Assembly: GCA_027622665.1 (NCBI GenBank)
Contig: JAQBYT010000009.1
Span: 1-64,000 of the forward strand
Reading direction: 5' to 3'
Length of the DNA: 64,000 nt
Origin: Verrucomicrobiota bacterium
GTDB taxonomy: Bacteria > Verrucomicrobiota > Verrucomicrobiia > Opitutales > Seribacteraceae
Part shown: piece after piece, positions 8,589-18,835 of the stretch
How positions within the stretch are numbered: position 1 is the first letter of the stretch
Layout of the letters: each line of letters opens with the position of its first letter
The notes under the pieces: model-generated
What the model saw: only the letters and a program-made list of their open reading frames with translations
Told to the model about the DNA's origin: nothing
The model's database searches: none
Made by a program: the position numbers and the translations under genes

Positions 8589-9608
8589 GCGTTTGAGTTC
8601 CCCTGTTGCGTTTGACTAGAATCAGCGCTGATTCCGTTCGGCTGAAGACCTTATGGCGTTGCGATTAGCCAGTGATTCTTAGTTGGGACATCGCATCGAT
8701 TCGGGTTCGGCTTCAACCGCGGCGTCTTCGCTGTTCATCGTCACTCTTCGGATGCAACCAAACTTCCTCGATCATGGCAAGATGAAGACCCTTTTCAACG
8801 GCAAGGCACCGGCAAGGGATGCTTTTTCACTTTCAGACTTATGATAGGCTTTTTCGTTCTCGTCCTAATTTTAAGTGTTCGTTCTGAACGAGCATTCGCA
8901 AAATGGGTCGAGTTTCTCCCGGCAGTCACCCGTTGTTTCTTTTTTGGAAAGTTCGAATGATTTAACGAACGGCGACCCGCTCCGGTCAATGGAGGTACCC
9001 CCATCTTTCCGGATGGATCGGATTATGAACAAGGTGTTGCGGAAAAGGATTGGAAAAGAACGGACTCGGCGAGGAAACCACTCGTTCCTACTGCTCGGTT
9101 GCGGGCTATGTTTCCTTGCGGGTATTGTTGTCCCGGGAGGCAATGCTCGACCACGTTTCCGTCGCCGGAAGGTCCTTCTCGTTTCGGGACGGAGTCGAGT
9201 CGGCCTACCTTCTCAACGCTCCCCTGATCAAGGTCATGCAGTCGGGGAAATTGCCATGGCGTCAGTTCGCGGAGTTCCAAGGGTCTGCTTGGGCAACACA
9301 ACCTCGACACGGGCCTAAGTCACAACGGTTTCAACATTATGTTCCTCATGGTCGCGAACCATTGCGCCGAGTACGAACATTCCGCATGGCTGATCCGGAG
9401 TCAGGGACGGGAATTGGGGTGGGGCGGTCGAGGGCGATACCGGGGTGGGGGATTAGGCGGGGGCTAACTATCACACCGGATGTTCGCCGTCATTAATCCT
9501 TGGCCAGTCTGGCCGCCTTCAGCTTTCCGGTCTGGGTTCTGACCAAAGAGTTGCTGAACGCCGCGAGCACTTTACGAAAGCAAAGTTCTACGGTCAAATC
9601 AATCTTGG

Positions 9609-11650
9609 ATGCCCTTCTTTCGCCCCAGCATTCTGACTAGCGCCGTGGTATGGTGTATCTTCTTTGCGGCGGCGGATGTTTCGCGAGCAGCCGAGTCGTC
9701 ACTGGATCAGCTGGCAAAAGAGTTTCCAGAGCAAGTTCGCCCGCTTGCGCAAAAGTATTGCGTCGATTGTCACTCCGCCAAAAAGAGAAAGGGCGAGTTG
9801 GATCTGACGCCATTCCACACGGCCGACGACGTTCGCGGCGCGGCGCGGGTTTGGCAGAAGGTGATCCGTCAGCTGCGCTATGGTGAGATGCCTCCCAAAA
9901 AGAGTCTTCAGCCGTCGACCGACGAACGGGAGCGCCTGATCAGCTGGGCCGAGAAATTCGTGTTGGCCGATGCCGTTCAGCGTGCCGGTGATCCGGGACT
10001 TGTGCTGATGCGGCGACTGACGCGTGCGGAATACAATTACACGATCCGGGATCTGACCGGCGTCGACCTCCGCCCCGCAGATACATTCCTCGAGGACTCC
10101 GTGGCCGGCGAGGGCTTCGCCAACACGGGCGAAGCGTTATTCATGGCGCCTGATCTCATTCCGAAATATCTGGAAGCGGCGCGACAGGTGTCGGCACACG
10201 CGGTGCTCACACCCTCCGGGATTCGGTTTTCGCCAAGCGACGATCCGTACGACTGGACCGCCGAGGCGGCACAGAGGATTCAGGACTTTTATGCGCATTA
10301 CACCGACCGCGATGGCCGCCTGCCGGTCGCCGACTACCTGGAAACAACGCTGCGCTACCGTGACCGCGATCCGTCTGTGAATCTGTCAGTGGAAGAATTT
10401 GCCGCACAACGAAGTCTTGCCCTTGGACGGAAATTAAGCGCGAAATACCTGCGAATCCTTTGGGATGCATTGAACGATCCACACCCGACGGGATCAATGG
10501 CGGACGTGCAACGGCAATGGCGTGAACCAAAGACGCTCGCAGAGGAAGGACTGCATGTCGCAGCGACGCACATTGTAGACGCCTACAGCAGCGACCCTGA
10601 TGCTCCGACGACGTTTCAACACCCCCCCGATACCGGGCGCGTTCGGGGTTCCGGCTCCCTATGGCATTCCAAACGCCACCGGAAAGTCGGCTGACAAGGT
10701 TTTTATTTGGAGTCCTGGCAGTCACTTCGTCGTCGACTTCGGCATCGAAAAGATGGTCGATCGCGTTTGCTTTGTGAGCGGATTTGGCGGCGGAAATCGG
10801 GGAGCAGAAATGGAAGTTTCCCATGCGTCAGTGCCCGCCGGGCCGTACACGGTGTCCGAAGGTGGAACATTTCAATACGTCACGTCGATCGGCGGCGGAG
10901 TGCTGCAAGATGGCGTCGCGTCGCCCGACGGTACGGGCTACTGTCAGTATAGTTTCAAACCGGCCACCGCCCGCTATTGGCGAGTTGCCATGGTCAGGGT
11001 GACCGGCGTGCACATGCCTCGAACGACGTCCACTCATCTTGGTCCGATACCGGGAGTCGTCGCTCCCGGATTGAGCGCGACCATCTCCGGATTGCAGGCG
11101 CGGTTGTGGAAGATTAACCGGCAGGACAATCACCTCATCAGTTCGATCGGGCTTTTTGGATCCCATGTGATGCCGTTGGCCGAGGGATCGGGAAGGCCGA
11201 GAATCGACACTGACGAATATGCGTCGTTTTCCAAACTGTTTCCGATGGCGGCCTGTTTTGCACCCGTCATACCGGTCAACCGTGACGTGACGGTGCAATT
11301 GTCTCTCCGCGAAGACCAAGTCCTGTCTCGACTGATACTCGACGAACGCGAACGCGAGGAACTGGATCGTTTGTGGGACGAGCAGCAATACCTTTCGCAG
11401 GAGCCCGTCGAGGTGCTTTACAACACCAAGCAGTTCGTCGGTTTTCAGCCCGCGAACCGCATCCAGAACACGAAGAAGTTCTCTGCCATGATCCCATCGC
11501 TGGAAGCCACAGCGGCAGCTTTCAACCAGTCCGCGCGCGCTGCAGAACCGAAACAATTGACCGCCGTCCTTGATCTGGCGGCCCGCGCGTGGCGACGTCC
11601 TCTCGCCGTCTCGGAAGACAACGAACTGCGGGCATTGTACGAAACGCTGT
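9609..11650 (+). pseudogene. DUF1592/DUF1587-type planctomycete cytochrome c protein, frameshifted (~10612-10628) and 3'-truncated (~11650)
   Basis: Signal peptide, CVDCH, EMPPKK, GDPGLVLMRRLTRAEYNYTIRDL; continues in the 10600 frame (FPMAACF..LDRLWDE..AARAWRRPL); C-terminal PSD domains missing. Confidence 0.8.
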
Positions 11651-12587
11651 GTCGCTGCACCTTGTGCATGTTGAATTGGCAGGTAAATAGGTTACCCGAG
11701 TAGTCCGTGCCAAATACCTCCGTTTCGTAAATTGCCAAACCGCAGGGTGCGGCCGGCCCGAGATGTGACATAGCAGGCATGAAATCCCCTGTGCGAACCA
11801 ATCCATGTAGTATGTTCCATTCCTTCGGATAAAGTCCTCCGTAGATTGCATGTACCAACGCGTCACGCTTCCCTCCACGCGGGTGGTTGACAAATGTGGT
11901 GGTAAAAAAAGCTTCCCCCGTTTCACTGAAGGCCATGCCCACCGGGTTGTCCATTCCGCCGGCCATTATGGAGTCCATTTCCGTGCCGTCGGGTCGCATA
12001 CGGTAGATGTGGGCGGCTCGATCGTCGATGATCTGGCCACGCGGTCTCTTGTGCTGTTGACGTTCAAAGGCTCCTTTGCACTAGTAAATCCAACCGTCCG
12101 GGCCGAGGTATGGACCATGCAGGTCATTGGCGCAATCGTTGGCCGTCTTGCCGTCAAACCACTTTATGCGCTTGTCGGCCACGCCATCGCCATCAGTGTC
12201 TGCCAATTTCCAGATGATGGGCACGGCGCTACAGTAAAGGGCCCCATCGTGCCAAAGAGCTCCTTCCGGAAACATCATTTTGTCTGCAAATACAGTCGAC
12301 TTTTCAAACTTGCCGTCTCCGTTGGCGTCTTCAAGCCGTACGATGCGGTGCTTCGGGTTTTTAATTTGTTCCGGTACTCGAGCGTTGGATCCGGAGGAGT
12401 CGGTAACGTATAGCCGACCCAGCTCATCGAAAGAGGCTTCGATGGGCCGGTTCACCAAGGGCGGTCCGGCCACGATTTCGACAGTGAAGCCATCGGGGAC
12501 GGTGAAGGTGTGGTCGGCCAGTTTCTATTCCGCCGAGTGGATCAGTACCGCAGGCAAAAAGAATGGAATGCTCCAACCTCTCTTCAT
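11650..12587 (-). pseudogene. PVC-type heme-binding dehydrogenase (DUF7133-like N-terminal propeller), 5' part only
   Basis: FTVPDGFTVE..FDELGRLYV..LEDANGDGKFEK..DTDGDGVADKR..GPDGWIY; in-frame TAG at 12525-12527 and 12081-12083; truncated at ~11650. Confidence 0.8.
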
Positions 12588-12723
12588 CGTTGGAATTTCA
12601 TCATGCCTTCCGTCCTGATGTCCCTCAGCGCAAATACTTGAGGGATACTGTGTTTGAACAACGATTCATTTTTGGGTTCGTTGACAATCTGCCGTCAGTT
12701 GGAACGGGAAGCAGGTCAGGTGA

Positions 12724-14046
12724 CTAGACTTCGTCCAATGGCTTGTCTGCGTCGCCAAACCTGCCGGGGTTAATGTCCACCTTGTCCATCATCGAGAGAA
12801 AGAGACGGCTCATTTGGCGATCGGGCTTTCCCGTATAGTCGAGGTTTTGCCCGCCCTTGATTCTGCCACCACCACCGCCAAGCATGACGACCGGTAGTTG
12901 ATTTGCGTTATGTTGGCCGGTGAGCATGCTAGAGCAAAGCATCAGCATCGTGTTATCCAGCAAGGTGCTCTCGCCTTCTTGAATGCCGTCTAGCCTACGA
13001 GCGATGTAAGCCATCTGTTCGAGGAAGAATTGATTAACCTTCAGCCAGTCGGCGTTGTCTGTGTGTGACAAGAGATGATGAATCATGTAATCCACGCCAA
13101 TGTGAGGGAAGCGCAGGGTGCCGTGGTCGTTGTTGAGCTTAAGGGTGCAGATGCGCGTGGTATCAGTCTGGAAGGCGAGTACCAGGATGTCGCTCATCAG
13201 TCGCATGTGCTCCACGATGTCCTGCGGGTAACCGTCCTTGGGCCGCGGCATATTTGGCTTGGTGATGGTCGGTCTCCAGCCCTGTACCTCACCGCGTTTA
13301 CCGGCACTTTCAATACGCTGCTCCACTTCACGAACGGAGTTGAGATATTCATCGAGCTTTTGCTTGTCGAGGCTACTGATGTTGCGGCGCAAATCCTGTG
13401 CGTCACCAAGAACCGCATCAAGAATGCTCTGGTCGCCGACCTTAGCCTTGTTATTAAACAAACGGTCAAACGCCAGCGCCGGATAGACTTCCAGCGGAGT
13501 GGGTGTGTTGGGACTGCTCCATGAAATATGCGAACTGTACAGCAGGGAGTAATTTTTGTGCACGCCAGGATTGGCTTTTTCGCAGCCCAAAACGAGGCTG
13601 GGTAGCTTGGTCTGGTGGCCAATGTGCTGTGCCACGTACTGGTCCACGCTGGTGCCGGACTGGATTCGTCCGCCGGAAGCCAGCGGCGCGCCCGAAAGCA
13701 GGTTGCCTGTTTGCGAACTGTGGATGTTTCCTTTCAGCGCCTCCTTGTTGTACAGGCCACGGATGAAAACCATCTTGTCTCGGAAATCACTGAGCGGTTC
13801 GAGTACTTTGCCAAGCTGCATGTCCTTCCCTTCGCCCTTGGCCCACCACTCGTTTTTGTGAAAACCGCATCCGGAAAATAAAATCGCCATGCGAGTTGGC
13901 GCCTCGCTGGCTTTTTTGGCACTTTTGGCCACATCGCCCCAGACACGCACACTTTCCATCCAAGGCAGTGCCATTGTTACACCAAAACCACGCAACATTG
14001 TCCGTCTGGAAATCTCGTATTTCATCCTATTGCTTCTTTCGTTCAT
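12724..14046 (-). CDS. DUF1552 domain protein (alternative start 14025)
   Basis: SRRTMLRGFGVTMALPWMES Tat-like leader, SVDQ, LAFQTDTTRI, HHLLSH, EGESTLLDN. Confidence 0.9.
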   Translation of the reverse strand: MNERSNRMKYEISRRTMLRGFGVTMALPWMESVRVWGDVAKSAKKASEAPTRMAILFSGCGFHKNEWWAKGEGKDMQLGKVLEPLSDFRDKMVFIRGLYNKEALKGNIHSSQTGNLLSGAPLASGGRIQSGTSVDQYVAQHIGHQTKLPSLVLGCEKANPGVHKNYSLLYSSHISWSSPNTPTPLEVYPALAFDRLFNNKAKVGDQSILDAVLGDAQDLRRNISSLDKQKLDEYLNSVREVEQRIESAGKRGEVQGWRPTITKPNMPRPKDGYPQDIVEHMRLMSDILVLAFQTDTTRICTLKLNNDHGTLRFPHIGVDYMIHHLLSHTDNADWLKVNQFFLEQMAYIARRLDGIQEGESTLLDNTMLMLCSSMLTGQHNANQLPVVMLGGGGGRIKGGQNLDYTGKPDRQMSRLFLSMMDKVDINPGRFGDADKPLDEV

Positions 14047-14075
14047 TGTTCAAACTGGGTTTGTGAATTAAATTT

Positions 14076-17000
14076 TCAATCAACTTTCACCACGACTGTG
14101 CGAATGCTCCGAAACTGCTCGCTTGTGACAATTGCCTCCACCGCTATACTGAAGCGGAAATCGTTCTTTGCCAGCTGTTCCTGCATAGACTTCAATAGGG
14201 GCCTGTCGGACAATTCCACCTCCCGGCCCAGAGCGTATCCCAACAGTTTTTTACAGAACTGTCGCACCACTTCTTCCCGTCTTTCATTCAGTAGATATTC
14301 CCGTAATCCAGTCAGGCCTTCAATGGAATGTCCATCCATGAGTTTCGTTTTCGTGTCCACAGTTTTCGAGCGCAACCGACCAATCGCATCGTACTGTTCC
14401 AAGGCGAATCCGTATGGATCGATCTTGGCATGACACTTTGCGCACGCTGCCACGCTGCTGTGTTTTTCAATCAACTGCCTTGCCGTCAACCCAACCGGTA
14501 CGGTCTCGGGGAGATCCGGCACATTTGCCGGAGGCTTGGGCAAGTGTTCGCCCAGCAGTGTTTCCGAGATCCAGTTGCCTCTCAAAATCGGGCTGGTTCG
14601 CGATGCGCCGGATTGTTTTGCCAGTATCGCACCCATGGCAAGGATACCGCCGCGTCCCATCGCTCGCGTGCTTTCCACCCTTCGCCACTGCGCGCCGCTC
14701 ACACCCGGGATGCCGTAGTGCTTGGCCAGCGACTCATTGAGAAACGCATGGTCGGCATTGAGCAGGTCAAGGATTGAGCCATCATTGCGAAACAGTTCCT
14801 CGAAAAACCGTACCGACTCCTCGTACATAGAGCCACGCAGGTTTGCAAATTGCGGATAAAGCCTCTCGTTCTTTCCGTTATCCAAATCAAACTCTCGAAT
14901 GCCTAACCACTGGCAGGCAAACTCCACCGCGAGTCGCTTGATTCGTGGGTCGCCCAGCATTCGTTTGGCTTGTGCTGAAACAGCCTTTTCATTCACTGGA
15001 ATCTTCACCTTCGTGATACCCATTAATTCATCGTCCGGCATCGAGGACCACAGGAAATAGCTCAGGCGATTGGCGAGCTCCAAGTTGGACACCGAAACCC
15101 ATTTCCTGCCTTTTGCGGTGGCCGGTTGCTCCAGTCGATATAAGAATGCGGGGGAGGTAAGCACACGCGCAAGAACCAACCGAATGGCCCGATCATGCTT
15201 CAGTTCCTTTTGGAGCAATGTCTGGTAAAGGTCGTGCAACTCCTTGCGGTCTGCATCAGACAACGGCCGCCGCCATGCGCTCTCAGCCAGTTCCAGCACT
15301 GCCGAAAAGTGAATGGGAGCGGTTTTTTTTAGGTGCGCAAGAAATGTTTCCGCTGTTTTTTGGATCGGCATACGCAATGCCTCCAGTGCTGGCAGCAAAT
15401 CCTTCCGGTCCTGAGTGGCAAATTCGTAGAGCTGCTCATGGCTAACCACTCGCAATAATGGTTCTCGGGAAACGAAAAGCAACTCGTTCCACAATCGGTC
15501 CAGTCGTGATGCCTCCGCGTCGCTGAGCATAAGCCGCCGAAGTGGCTCGTCCTCTCGATGATACAACACCATCGTCACCACCTCGTCTACAGGTACGATT
15601 TGAGGGTAGCACATCGCAGCGGGGAACAGTTCGCGGAAATCGGCATATGCCTTTTCCATCCGTTTACTCGCCGCAGTTCCCGTCACCACCGCTTGCCCCG
15701 TCAACGCATTTTGGGAATTTTTTTCGAGTGAAATTAAGAACTGAGCGGTACCGTCCTTTCCTTTTTCCGGATGAAGTTCCGCGTTGACCACTACTTCCGC
15801 ACCCGCCACGAGAACGGTAGGCAGCTTGAATTCCAAGACCGAAGGCGCCTTGGTTTCGATGTCTTTTACCTCTGTGTCGCCCATCGTGAGGGAAAGCCAT
15901 TTCAACGGGCCCTTTGGCTCGAGGAAATGTTCGCGCAATACCTTGTCCGCAGCTAGCACCGCATAGTCCCCCGATATCAGCAAACGATGTACCACCGATG
16001 CGTGTTTGCGGATTTCGGTCACTGGTTTTTTTCCAATCACAGCTGAACGCCAGTTTGCCAGCGCCGAACCCACCGGCACTTCACTCTGTGCCGACTTGGC
16101 GGATCCCGACGAACAAAAATGCCACACCGCCTTATTGCCAAACGAGTCGGCCAGCGGGTTGCTGTCGTGCACCCGATCTACCACTTCCTTCGCCAGATCC
16201 CACACGCGCTTTTTGCCGCCCTGCTCGATGATGTTTAGCGCCACCTCCGTGGTGTCGTACCCATGATTGCGATCGCGTGCGTTTACTACCAGTTTAAGCA
16301 AATCTCCTCGCTCAACAGTGTATTCCTGCTCCGGCGTAAACGTCCCGCGCTTGCCGTTTTCAAACACGCCCTTATCCACCGTGCCCGCACCTGTGCGGCC
16401 GAGCAATTCCACCCGCCATGCTGCGCCGTTACCGCCTACTCCGTCCGAATCGGCAAAATAGCCCTTCAGTTTTACACGGCCTTCGATCGGGCTTTGCCAG
16501 TAAATGATCGCCTCCTGTGTTGGCGAGGGATGCATGTTCACGCTGCGGCCCGGGATGGTGAGTGTTCCGAAGCGAATGGTCTCCGGTGATTTATTTGCGA
16601 TGAGGCTCGGTGTTGCCGGCGTGCCCCAACCACGGATGGCGTCGTAGCCTCCCGCCTTGAACAACTTTCCCGGATAATGCCCTGCCGGTTTTGACGTTGC
16701 AAACTTACCCAGCTGCACCGCCGTCACCCATTTCTCCAACAAATGCTCATCCAGTCCGCGCTCTTTGGCGACCACTTCGATCGGCATTCCTCCAAGTTCC
16801 GCCTCGGCGATGAGATTTAAATACTGCTCGGTGCGAGCCAATTCAGCCAACTGGAATTTGGTCATACGCTCCGCGAGGTTGTTCACTGCGCCCAAAGGTA
16901 TGGCTGGCTGTCCCTTCATGATCAGTCGGGGGTTTATCCAACGCGCATGATCACCCACGCTACCATCGCCCGCGTTACCCGTTATGAGGAATACGCTGAT

Positions 17001-18173
17001 CTCGCCTTTCGCAATCTCGGGTATTTTTAGCTTCAACTCTTGTTGTTTCTCCAGTGGCGCCACTGGGTTCATCCAAGCATCCGGAACGCCTTGCCTCCCA
17101 ATCTGTCCAACTTTTCCAAAATCCCAAAGCCGCTCCTGCCACTGGCTCACATCATTCGCTATGCGCTTTGCGTCTACCGACTTGGCTGTGCGTAAATCAT
17201 CCCGCAACCGCCGAAGTAGTAGCGAGGGGTTTTCCGTAACCAAGAGGTTCGCCAAACGTTTCAGATACTTCTCATTCAATCCCGATTCGCGCGCTACTTG
17301 CAAAGTCGATGCAGGTTTTTTCAAAAATCGATCCCTGTTCATAACCAACGCGTTGAAGTAAGGCACCAAGTCGACCCGCCCCGAGGTGTTCATCGCGCGG
17401 TCCAACGCATTGGGATCCCACGCGTAAACTTTGTCCGTGGCACCGGCTCCGGAAGTGTGTCGGTCATAAATCGAACGGATTTCATAAATCAACTCGTCGA
17501 CCCAATCCCGCCGCGACTTGCCCAGTGAGAAACGAACGCCTTCAGGCGTCAGCACCGCGTGTGTAGCCACATCCTTGGCTGCATCGAGATACTTTTGCAC
17601 GAGCGCCGGCGACATTACCATCGCATCGCCCACATTCATGAAGCCCTCTCCAGCCGCACCGTCCACCGGAAACTCCTTCACTGGTTCCAACGCCACCCCC
17701 GTTAAATCCTCAATCGTGTAGGTGTACTCCGCATTGCTCAACCGTCTCAGCACCACTCGGCCCGGATCACCCGCATTGGCCAGAGCCTCCGCATCCAGAT
17801 AATTATTCACCCACCCTAGAAACACCTTACGCTCCAGAGCGGAGAACTGCGGCTTCTTCTTCGGCGGCATCTCCCCATTCGTCATCATCTCCACTACCTT
17901 CACCCAAACTTTGGGTGCTCTCCTCACGTCCGTCAGTTTTGCAAACTGCTCCAAATCCAGTTCGCCCTTTTGTTTCTCAGTCGAATGACAATCCAAACAA
18001 TACTTTTGCATCTGCGAGAAAACAGCGCCTTCGAAATGCTTGTTCAATTCAGTGAAGTCCGGCTGGGTTTCCTTTGCAGCCAAGGCAATGATCGCCTCAC
18101 CCAACAGAATAAAGATCAACCCAACAGATGTCAGACGCTTTTTAGCGTAATTTAGTCTTATGCACATTGCCAT
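14076..18173 (-). CDS. DUF1592 domain protein (planctomycete cytochrome c plus PSD domains, with large central insert)
   Basis: CLDCH, RRLSNAEY, ELANRLSYFLWSSMPD, RTSPILRG, CAKCHAKIDPYGFALE, YALGR. Confidence 0.9.
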   Translation of the reverse strand: MAMCIRLNYAKKRLTSVGLIFILLGEAIIALAAKETQPDFTELNKHFEGAVFSQMQKYCLDCHSTEKQKGELDLEQFAKLTDVRRAPKVWVKVVEMMTNGEMPPKKKPQFSALERKVFLGWVNNYLDAEALANAGDPGRVVLRRLSNAEYTYTIEDLTGVALEPVKEFPVDGAAGEGFMNVGDAMVMSPALVQKYLDAAKDVATHAVLTPEGVRFSLGKSRRDWVDELIYEIRSIYDRHTSGAGATDKVYAWDPNALDRAMNTSGRVDLVPYFNALVMNRDRFLKKPASTLQVARESGLNEKYLKRLANLLVTENPSLLLRRLRDDLRTAKSVDAKRIANDVSQWQERLWDFGKVGQIGRQGVPDAWMNPVAPLEKQQELKLKIPEIAKGEISVFLITGNAGDGSVGDHARWINPRLIMKGQPAIPLGAVNNLAERMTKFQLAELARTEQYLNLIAEAELGGMPIEVVAKERGLDEHLLEKWVTAVQLGKFATSKPAGHYPGKLFKAGGYDAIRGWGTPATPSLIANKSPETIRFGTLTIPGRSVNMHPSPTQEAIIYWQSPIEGRVKLKGYFADSDGVGGNGAAWRVELLGRTGAGTVDKGVFENGKRGTFTPEQEYTVERGDLLKLVVNARDRNHGYDTTEVALNIIEQGGKKRVWDLAKEVVDRVHDSNPLADSFGNKAVWHFCSSGSAKSAQSEVPVGSALANWRSAVIGKKPVTEIRKHASVVHRLLISGDYAVLAADKVLREHFLEPKGPLKWLSLTMGDTEVKDIETKAPSVLEFKLPTVLVAGAEVVVNAELHPEKGKDGTAQFLISLEKNSQNALTGQAVVTGTAASKRMEKAYADFRELFPAAMCYPQIVPVDEVVTMVLYHREDEPLRRLMLSDAEASRLDRLWNELLFVSREPLLRVVSHEQLYEFATQDRKDLLPALEALRMPIQKTAETFLAHLKKTAPIHFSAVLELAESAWRRPLSDADRKELHDLYQTLLQKELKHDRAIRLVLARVLTSPAFLYRLEQPATAKGRKWVSVSNLELANRLSYFLWSSMPDDELMGITKVKIPVNEKAVSAQAKRMLGDPRIKRLAVEFACQWLGIREFDLDNGKNERLYPQFANLRGSMYEESVRFFEELFRNDGSILDLLNADHAFLNESLAKHYGIPGVSGAQWRRVESTRAMGRGGILAMGAILAKQSGASRTSPILRGNWISETLLGEHLPKPPANVPDLPETVPVGLTARQLIEKHSSVAACAKCHAKIDPYGFALEQYDAIGRLRSKTVDTKTKLMDGHSIEGLTGLREYLLNERREEVVRQFCKKLLGYALGREVELSDRPLLKSMQEQLAKNDFRFSIAVEAIVTSEQFRSIRTVVVKVD

Positions 18174-18276
18174 TTCGGAAATCTTTATGCTGAATGATTG
18201 AACATTCAGTCAAGCGTGGGGACCGTTTATTTGAATCTTTAAACTAGGAGGAGGTGTTCTTTTGGTGCGGTTCTCT

Positions 18277-18830
18277 TTAATTGCAGTCGGCAAATCTCAT
18301 TAGGCGCTGGCCGAGGGCTTGTTCGAATTTCCCGTTCTTGGGTTCTCGTTCGTCAGGATGATATAACCGACGCCGTCCTTGGATCGGTATTGCATGATCG
18401 TCGAGCCCCCCGGAGTCACCGCCGTCGTGAACCATCGTCTTGGCTCCCCCGATTTTGTCGAAATACCATACCAGTCCCTGCTGGGAATCTGCTTTTGGAA
18501 AAGGCACCTTACGCATTTTGCGAACTGTCTCCGCTTTCAATATGCGTGTGCCTTCGAGTTTACCATCCCCGATGAAGGACAGGAGGAAGCCAGCTAAATG
18601 TGTGGCCACCCTCAATGTGCCGGACGGGAAATTAAGGTATCCGTGGTGGCCCAGAGGCTTGAAGGCGCCCAAGGCCAGCCGACATTGCTGTACTGGCTCT
18701 TTGTTCCGGGAACCCATTGATAAAAGCTCTTTTTGGCGTTGTAGTATTCTCCCTTGGGCTGGAGATAGGCGGCGAGAGATTCGCCCAGCGGTTTTGGAAA
18801 GTCGCCGTTTTTCACTTCTTCCCTTTCTCC
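18277..18830 (-). pseudogene. Serine hydrolase / beta-lactamase-family fragment, frameshifted, N-terminus missing
   Basis: PGTKSQYSNVG (YSN motif), then another frame FPSGTLR..RILKAETVRKM..QGLVWY..HDGGD; no SxxK region. Confidence 0.6.
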
Positions 18831-18835
18831 GAGGT

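Noticed and set aside
8760..9600. Several overlapping short ORFs
   Set aside because: None has a recognisable motif; possibly a degraded gene, but I cannot assign it
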